DNA of 31,697 nt from an uncultured Planctomycetia bacterium (lineage in GTDB: Bacteria; Omnitrophota; Gorgyraeia; JAGLLT01). Within the stretch, counting starts at the first letter, position 1. Every line of letters starts with the position of its first letter. The DNA is taken from NCBI GenBank assembly GCA_964418055.1, contig CAYQKA010000003.1, positions 1 through 31,697 on the forward strand. Reading direction: 5' to 3'. Positions 27,611 to 31,697 of the stretch are shown here, piece by piece. The notes under the pieces are model-generated. The model saw only the letters and a program-made list of their open reading frames with translations. It was not told the DNA's origin and did not search any database. The translations under genes and the position numbers were made by a program.

Positions 27611-28480
27611 TTAATAAATCGCTTTATTTAATGGATATTCAATAATTCCAACAACTCCAGCCTGCTTAAGCTTGGGTATCAACTCCCTAACTTCTTTTTC
27701 ACATATAATGGTTTCAACAGCTACCCATTTATCTTGAGTTAAATTGGATATGGTAGGTTTCTGCATGGCAGGAAGAATCTTCAAAACATCTTTTAAGTTT
27801 TTCTCCATGACATTCATTTTAAGGCCAACCATCTCTTCTGCTAATATTGCCCCCTTTAAAAGAAGAGCTATATTCTCAATTTTTTTTCTTTTGGATAAAT
27901 TCTTCCATGTCTTCTTATTTGCTATAAGCCAAGTTGTTGAATAACATACCACATCAATTATTTTAAGATTGTTAGCGCGCAAACTTGAACCAGTTTCAGT
28001 TAATTCTACAATAGCGTCCACTAATTCAGGAACTTTAATCTCTGTAGCCCCCCAACTGAATTCAACTTCAGCATTAACTTTATTCTTTTTAAGATATTTC
28101 TTAGTTACATTTACTAATTCCGTCGCTATTCTAGCACCTTTTAAATCTTTTGCCTTCTTTATTGGAGAATCCTTTGGAACAGCTACTACCCATCTAACAG
28201 GATTAAGAGTCTGCTTAGCATATTTCAACTCAGCTACTTTAATAACATTGGATGAATTTTCCTCAATCCAGTCATTACCTGTTAACCCACAGTCTAAAAC
28301 ACCTTCTTCAACATAGCGTGACATCTCCTGTGCTCTTATCAAAAGACAGTTTATCTCATCATCATCTATCGATGGAATATAAGAACGCGAAGGACATGAT
28401 ACATTAAAACCAGCCTTCTTAAATAATTTAAAAGTAGACTCCTGCAAGCTACCTTTCGGTAATCCCAATCTAATTTTCAT
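27611..28480 (-). CDS. hisG: ATP phosphoribosyltransferase, long form
   Basis: [32 protein letters not shown] motifs and a C-terminal regulatory domain (PTIS); 289 aa. Confidence 0.96.
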   Translation of the reverse strand: MKIRLGLPKGSLQESTFKLFKKAGFNVSCPSRSYIPSIDDDEINCLLIRAQEMSRYVEEGVLDCGLTGNDWIEENSSNVIKVAELKYAKQTLNPVRWVVAVPKDSPIKKAKDLKGARIATELVNVTKKYLKKNKVNAEVEFSWGATEIKVPELVDAIVELTETGSSLRANNLKIIDVVCYSTTWLIANKKTWKNLSKRKKIENIALLLKGAILAEEMVGLKMNVMEKNLKDVLKILPAMQKPTISNLTQDKWVAVETIICEKEVRELIPKLKQAGVVGIIEYPLNKAIY

Positions 28481-28601
28481 TTAATTTTTCCTCTTTTAAA
28501 ATCTTATGATCCTCTTTTTTAATTAAGTTCCGCTTGTAATTTTTTTTTACATTTTTTACTCTGGTCTTAGGCTTAATATCCCTTGTTTTTCTTATTTTCA
28601 T
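28470..28601 (-). CDS. Small basic protein of unknown function, 43 aa
   Basis: Hand translation [43 protein letters not shown]; fills the space between a promoter and hisG and overlaps the hisG start by 11 nt; no SD. Confidence 0.55.
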   Translation of the reverse strand: MKIRKTRDIKPKTRVKNVKKNYKRNLIKKEDHKILKEEKLNEN

Positions 28602-28632
28602 AGAAATATCAACTTTAGAACACTGGAAATTT

Positions 28633-28662
28633 ATTCTATACTATGTGCTAGGCCGATGTCAA
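28633..28662 (-). promoter_or_regulatory. Sigma70 promoter for the orf43-hisG operon
   Basis: TTGACA (28662-28657), 18-nt spacer, TAGAAT (28638-28633). Confidence 0.65.
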
Positions 28663-28735
28663 CTAAAAATATATAAATAATCTATATAAATTCCGAAAAA
28701 AAGGCACTTATCTAGAGTCTCTAATCATTTTTTTC

Positions 28736-28763
28736 TTGTAAATGGTTTTGGGTGTGATATAAT
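28736..28763 (+). promoter_or_regulatory. Sigma70 promoter for the ppiD-like gene
   Basis: TTGTAA (28736-28741), 16-nt spacer, extended -10 TGaTATAAT (28758-28763); SD AAGGAGGAG before ATG 28801. Confidence 0.6.
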
Positions 28764-28800
28764 TTCCTCATTAACTTTATATTTCAAGGAGGAGATGAGA

Positions 28801-30399
28801 ATGCTTAATGTATTAAGAAAAAAAGAGAATATGCGGGTAATTCTTTGGGTTATATGTGTAATTATTATAGTTAGTTTTGTTTTTTTCGGCATGAGAACAC
28901 CTAGCATGGGCCAGGGACCTGCTTCACAATATGCCGGGGTTATTTATGGTAAAAAGATATCGAACGAAGATTATGCCAAAAGTTATAAAGCTTGCTATAA
29001 TCAGGCACTTATGCTCTACGGTACCGATTTACCTAAAGTCGTAGAACGTCTAAATCTAAAAACACAAGCCTGGGAAAGAATCATTCTTATAAAAGAAGCA
29101 AATAATCAAAAAATCGCTGTCGCTGATGACGAGGTAAAAAATAAAATAATTACCATTTTTGGAGGTGCAGAAAATTTTAACAAAGAAAGATACGATGATA
29201 TATTAGCTCAGTATTTCAATACTTCCCCTCGTGCCTTCGAAGAAGAAATAAGAAACTCCCTAAAAATCAGCAACCTTCTTGAAACTATTACTAACAATAT
29301 ATCCGTCTCTGATGAGGAAATCTTAAAAATGTACAAAGAAGAAAATGAAAAAGCAAAGGTCGCCTATATTGCTATAGAACCAGCAAGCTTTATGGATACC
29401 ATTTCCCCCAGCGACGCTGATTTAGAATCATACTACAATGAAAATAAAGACCTATTTAAAACTCAACCACAAATTAACGTGCAATATATAGTTTTAGCCA
29501 CCGATGACAATTTGGATAAAGCAGAAGTAACCCAAGAGGAAATAGAAAATTATTATACATCAAACAAGGAAACTTTTCTTATTACCTCAGAAGCCGAAAT
29601 ATCAGAAGAAGAACCACAATACAAAGCTCTCGCTGATGTCAAAGAAGAAATAGAGACATCTCTTTTGAAACAGCTAGCTAAAGACTTCGCTTTAGATCAG
29701 GCAGTTATCATCGAGCAGGAAATTAACGATGGGACAACACTTGATATAGCTGCTTCTAAAAATAATATTGAAATTAAAGAAACTGGTCTTTTTGCAGCCA
29801 ATCAATCTATTCCTGAAATAGGTTGGAATTTTCAATTCTTAAAAACAGCTTTTAATTTACAAGAAAATGATGTCAGTGAAATCACTGAAATGCCTGATGG
29901 ATATTATATTTTACGATTAAAAGAAAGAAAAGAATCTTATATTCCTGAATTTGCTGAAACAAAGGAAAAAGTTAAGCAGGCATATATTGCCACAGAAGCC
30001 GTTGAATTAGCTAAAAGTAAAGCTGCCGAATATCAGATAGATTTTAAAAATAGAATGGCTACTGGTGAAAGTTTTAAGGATGTTGCGAAATCATTAGATT
30101 TGAATGTAACAGAAACTGACTTCTTCTCTTACAACGATTACGTTCAAAGTATAGGTAAATCTCCTGAGTTTAACAATGCAGCCTTTACTTTAAATGAAGG
30201 TGAAGTCTCAAAAGCTATTCCCACTTCAAAGAATTTAATAATTCTGACACTTGAAGACAAAACTTCAATTGATTTAAAACAGTTCGAAAGTGATAAAGAA
30301 GAATTCAGCAAAAAAGCTCTACAAATTAAACAAGGGGAAATTTTTCAAGTTTGGTTTGGCAATCTTCTAGAAGAAGCTAATTTACAAAGTAATGTTTAA
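28801..30399 (+). CDS. PpiD/SurA-like membrane-anchored periplasmic chaperone
   Basis: N-terminal TM anchor (VILWVICVIIIVSFVFFGM), SurA-N-like region, and two degenerate parvulin-like repeats (AFNLQENDVSE...GYYI / AFTLNEGEVSK...NLII); no GGDLG motif. Confidence 0.8.
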   Translation: MLNVLRKKENMRVILWVICVIIIVSFVFFGMRTPSMGQGPASQYAGVIYGKKISNEDYAKSYKACYNQALMLYGTDLPKVVERLNLKTQAWERIILIKEANNQKIAVADDEVKNKIITIFGGAENFNKERYDDILAQYFNTSPRAFEEEIRNSLKISNLLETITNNISVSDEEILKMYKEENEKAKVAYIAIEPASFMDTISPSDADLESYYNENKDLFKTQPQINVQYIVLATDDNLDKAEVTQEEIENYYTSNKETFLITSEAEISEEEPQYKALADVKEEIETSLLKQLAKDFALDQAVIIEQEINDGTTLDIAASKNNIEIKETGLFAANQSIPEIGWNFQFLKTAFNLQENDVSEITEMPDGYYILRLKERKESYIPEFAETKEKVKQAYIATEAVELAKSKAAEYQIDFKNRMATGESFKDVAKSLDLNVTETDFFSYNDYVQSIGKSPEFNNAAFTLNEGEVSKAIPTSKNLIILTLEDKTSIDLKQFESDKEEFSKKALQIKQGEIFQVWFGNLLEEANLQSNV

Positions 30400-30412
30400 T
30401 ATAATCAGAGGT

Positions 30413-30718
30413 TTATTTATTTAATTTTTCTATTTCTTCATTTACCTCTTCTGCGCCCTCTACATAAAACTTTTCTTCATCGGGTGCCAGCTCTTTCAAT
30501 AAACGTAAGAATTCACCTGCATGAACTTTTTCTTCATTAGCAATATCTTTTAAAACCTCAATTGCTAATTTATTATCTGTTGATTCAGCTAGTTGCATAT
30601 ATAATTGAACGGCTTCATACTCTGCAGCTATCATAAACCTAATAGATCGAATTAACTCTTCTTTGGTTATTTTGCGATCTTTAGCGAGACCTGAAAAGGG
30701 ATTTGCGAATTCTGGCAT
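30413..30718 (-). CDS. Ferritin-like protein of the encapsulated-ferritin (EncFtn/Flp) type
   Basis: AEYEAVQLY and EEKVHAGEF match the EncFtn di-iron ligand spacing (E33, Y40, E63, H66); SD GAGGAGG; 101 aa. Confidence 0.85.
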   Translation of the reverse strand: MPEFANPFSGLAKDRKITKEELIRSIRFMIAAEYEAVQLYMQLAESTDNKLAIEVLKDIANEEKVHAGEFLRLLKELAPDEEKFYVEGAEEVNEEIEKLNK

Positions 30719-30777
30719 ATTCTACCTCCTCTTTTTAGTTTATAAATTTTAGCCTTTAATTTTAAAAGTGCATATAG

Positions 30778-30838
30778 AAATAAAAAACCCCCAACTAATC
30801 AATGCGCCTAATATAAGACACAAATCATACTGGAGGTT
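30778..30838 (-). terminator. Long GU-rich hairpin plus U-tract; candidate intrinsic terminator or attenuator
   Basis: 22-bp imperfect stem (30838-30786) followed by UUUUAUUU; it pairs only on the minus strand because 7 pairs are G-U. Confidence 0.5.
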
Positions 30839-30877
30839 ATAAAAATACCTCTTTAAAATACTTGAATCTTTCATAAT

Positions 30878-31144
30878 TTATAAAATATAAGTTTTGAACT
30901 CGTCTGATTTGGGCACTTCCCCATCCCAACGAGCTACAACGCTACCTTCTTTTTCTAAAATAGTTACCGGAATATCCAAGACATCGTTCATAGCAGCCTC
31001 AGTAAGACCTTCAACTGAATCCATATCAAGAAAAGAAATAATTAATTTATCAGCTAAGTTCCACTTATTTATAAAGAATTCTATTTTACTCTTGGTTGTT
31101 TTGCATTTAGCACAACCTTGCTTGCCGAATATTTTAATATGCAC
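30878..31144 (-). CDS. Thioredoxin/glutaredoxin-fold CxxC protein linked to nrdD
   Basis: IKIFGKQGCAKC and a cis-Pro-like DIPVTI segment; GTG start at 31144 with GGAGG 8 nt upstream (the track starts at TTG 31162). Confidence 0.8.
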   Translation of the reverse strand: MHIKIFGKQGCAKCKTTKSKIEFFINKWNLADKLIISFLDMDSVEGLTEAAMNDVLDIPVTILEKEGSVVARWDGEVPKSDEFKTYIL

Positions 31145-31161
31145 GGCCCTGCCCTCCCTCA

Positions 31162-31190
31162 ATTATATATAGTAATCAATTTCTTGTTAA
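31162..31190 (-). promoter_or_regulatory. Candidate sigma70 promoter for the thioredoxin-like gene, overlapped by an NrdR-box-like site
   Basis: TTAACA (31190-31185), 17-nt spacer, TATAAT (31167-31162); the site TTACTATATATAATTG spans 31175-31160. Confidence 0.5.
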
Positions 31191-31198
31191 TAAATTAT

Positions 31199-31220
31199 CG
31201 TTCCCAAATACATAAGAACG
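31199..31220 (-). terminator. Short hairpin after nrdD (weak terminator or processing signal)
   Basis: CGUUCUUA-UGUAUU-UGGGAACG, an 8-bp stem with two G-U pairs; followed by AUAAUUUAUU, a poor U-tract. Confidence 0.35.
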
Positions 31221-31228
31221 GTAATGCT

Positions 31229-31697
31229 TTATGTAAGACCGTATGCACCCTTCTGGCGGTCTTTTAATTCACCTATTTTGGATTTATTCCAATTATCAAT
31301 CCTGGAATAATAACCTACAATCCTGGTTATTCCATAAACGTTGCTTGATCCGCAATGTCCGCACTTTTCTACTAATCCTCTGCTGACTTTACTACAATCG
31401 TTACAGATAGTGAATTCTGGTGATATAACCAACTGAGCTGCTTGAGTATTTTTATATGTTCTTTCCACCAATTTCATAATAGCCTCTTTAGATGGCTTAT
31501 TCTCACCAATAAAGGCATGAATTATCGCCCCTGACTCAATCATAGTATGAAATCTGCTCTGCTTTTGAATGCGAGTGATCAAATCGATATCAGCATCAGC
31601 TCTAAAGTGAATTGAATTTGTATAATAAGATTCATCCTTTTCTATATTACCCTTTACTACTGTGTGAGCCTCTGGATAATTTTTGAGGTCAACCTTG
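31229..31697 (-). CDS. nrdD: Anaerobic (class III) ribonucleoside-triphosphate reductase, 3' end only
   Basis: The frame is open to the window edge (...SYYTNSIHFRAD...); zinc site CNDC...CGHC; glycyl-radical motif TRIVGYY; ELKDR terminus. Confidence 0.93.
   Translation of the reverse strand, partial: KVDLKNYPEAHTVVKGNIEKDESYYTNSIHFRADADIDLITRIQKQSRFHTMIESGAIIHAFIGENKPSKEAIMKLVERTYKNTQAAQLVISPEFTICNDCSKVSRGLVEKCGHCGSSNVYGITRIVGYYSRIDNWNKSKIGELKDRQKGAYGLT

Noticed and set aside
28470-28632. Histidine attenuator upstream of hisG
   Set aside because: The upstream ORF has one His codon and there is no terminator/antiterminator pair.
28670-28691. Direct repeat TATATAAAT x2 between the divergent promoters
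   Set aside because: Expected by chance in very AT-rich intergenic DNA; it may simply be UP-element sequence.
4220-31172. Short opposite-strand or nested ORFs in the track (e.g. 4220, 4577, 7663, 9459, 11853, 19509, 21242, 23199, 27283, 27969, 28725, 30894)
   Set aside because: These are antisense shadows of well-supported genes with no recognisable motifs. The Phe/Leu-rich ones mirror Lys-rich coding on the other strand (27283-27570 mirrors the bS22-like ORF).
1-31697. Mobile elements, CRISPR arrays, integration at the tRNA genes, alternative genetic code
   Set aside because: No integrase or transposase, no duplicated tRNA 3' ends and no spaced repeats; TAA, TAG and TGA all end conserved genes at the expected positions.

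Overview
This is an AT-rich bacterial core-genome segment read with genetic code 11. I see no prophage, transposase, integrase, CRISPR array or rRNA. Almost all genes lie on the minus strand, in this transcription order: 3' end of anaerobic ribonucleotide reductase nrdD, CxxC thioredoxin-like protein, EncFtn-type ferritin-like protein, [ppiD-like on +], 43-aa basic ORF, hisG, bS22-like 31-aa ORF, TPR protein, split transketolase (N, C), ispE, spoVG, tRNA-Gln, glmU, prs, rplY, pth, rpsF, ssb, rpsR, rplI, dnaB, bamA, skp, lpxD, lpxC-fabZ fusion, lpxA, lpxI, [gnnA-like and lpxB on +], msbA, rpsB, tsf, pyrH, frr, tRNA-Lys, tRNA-Glu, glmS, tRNA-Val, tRNA-Asp, tRNA-Phe. The organism is a diderm lipid A producer. 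The zinc-ribbon SpoVG, LpxC-FabZ fusion, LpxI and split transketolase suggest the PVC superphylum, possibly Omnitrophota (inference only). I found no clear-cut new biological system. The best leads are: (i) two small basic ORFs flanking hisG that the ORF track misses, one a recognisable bS22/mS38-type ribosomal protein and one unassigned; (ii) an nrdD-thioredoxin-ferritin module with a promoter overlapped by an NrdR-box-like site and a long GU-rich hairpin; (iii) a gnnA-lpxB cassette inverted inside the lipid A cluster next to an LpxA with altered active-site residues; (iv) tRNAs packed tightly against frr and glmS, two of them with an unusual C36-G37. All family assignments come from motif recognition and memory; no database search was run.
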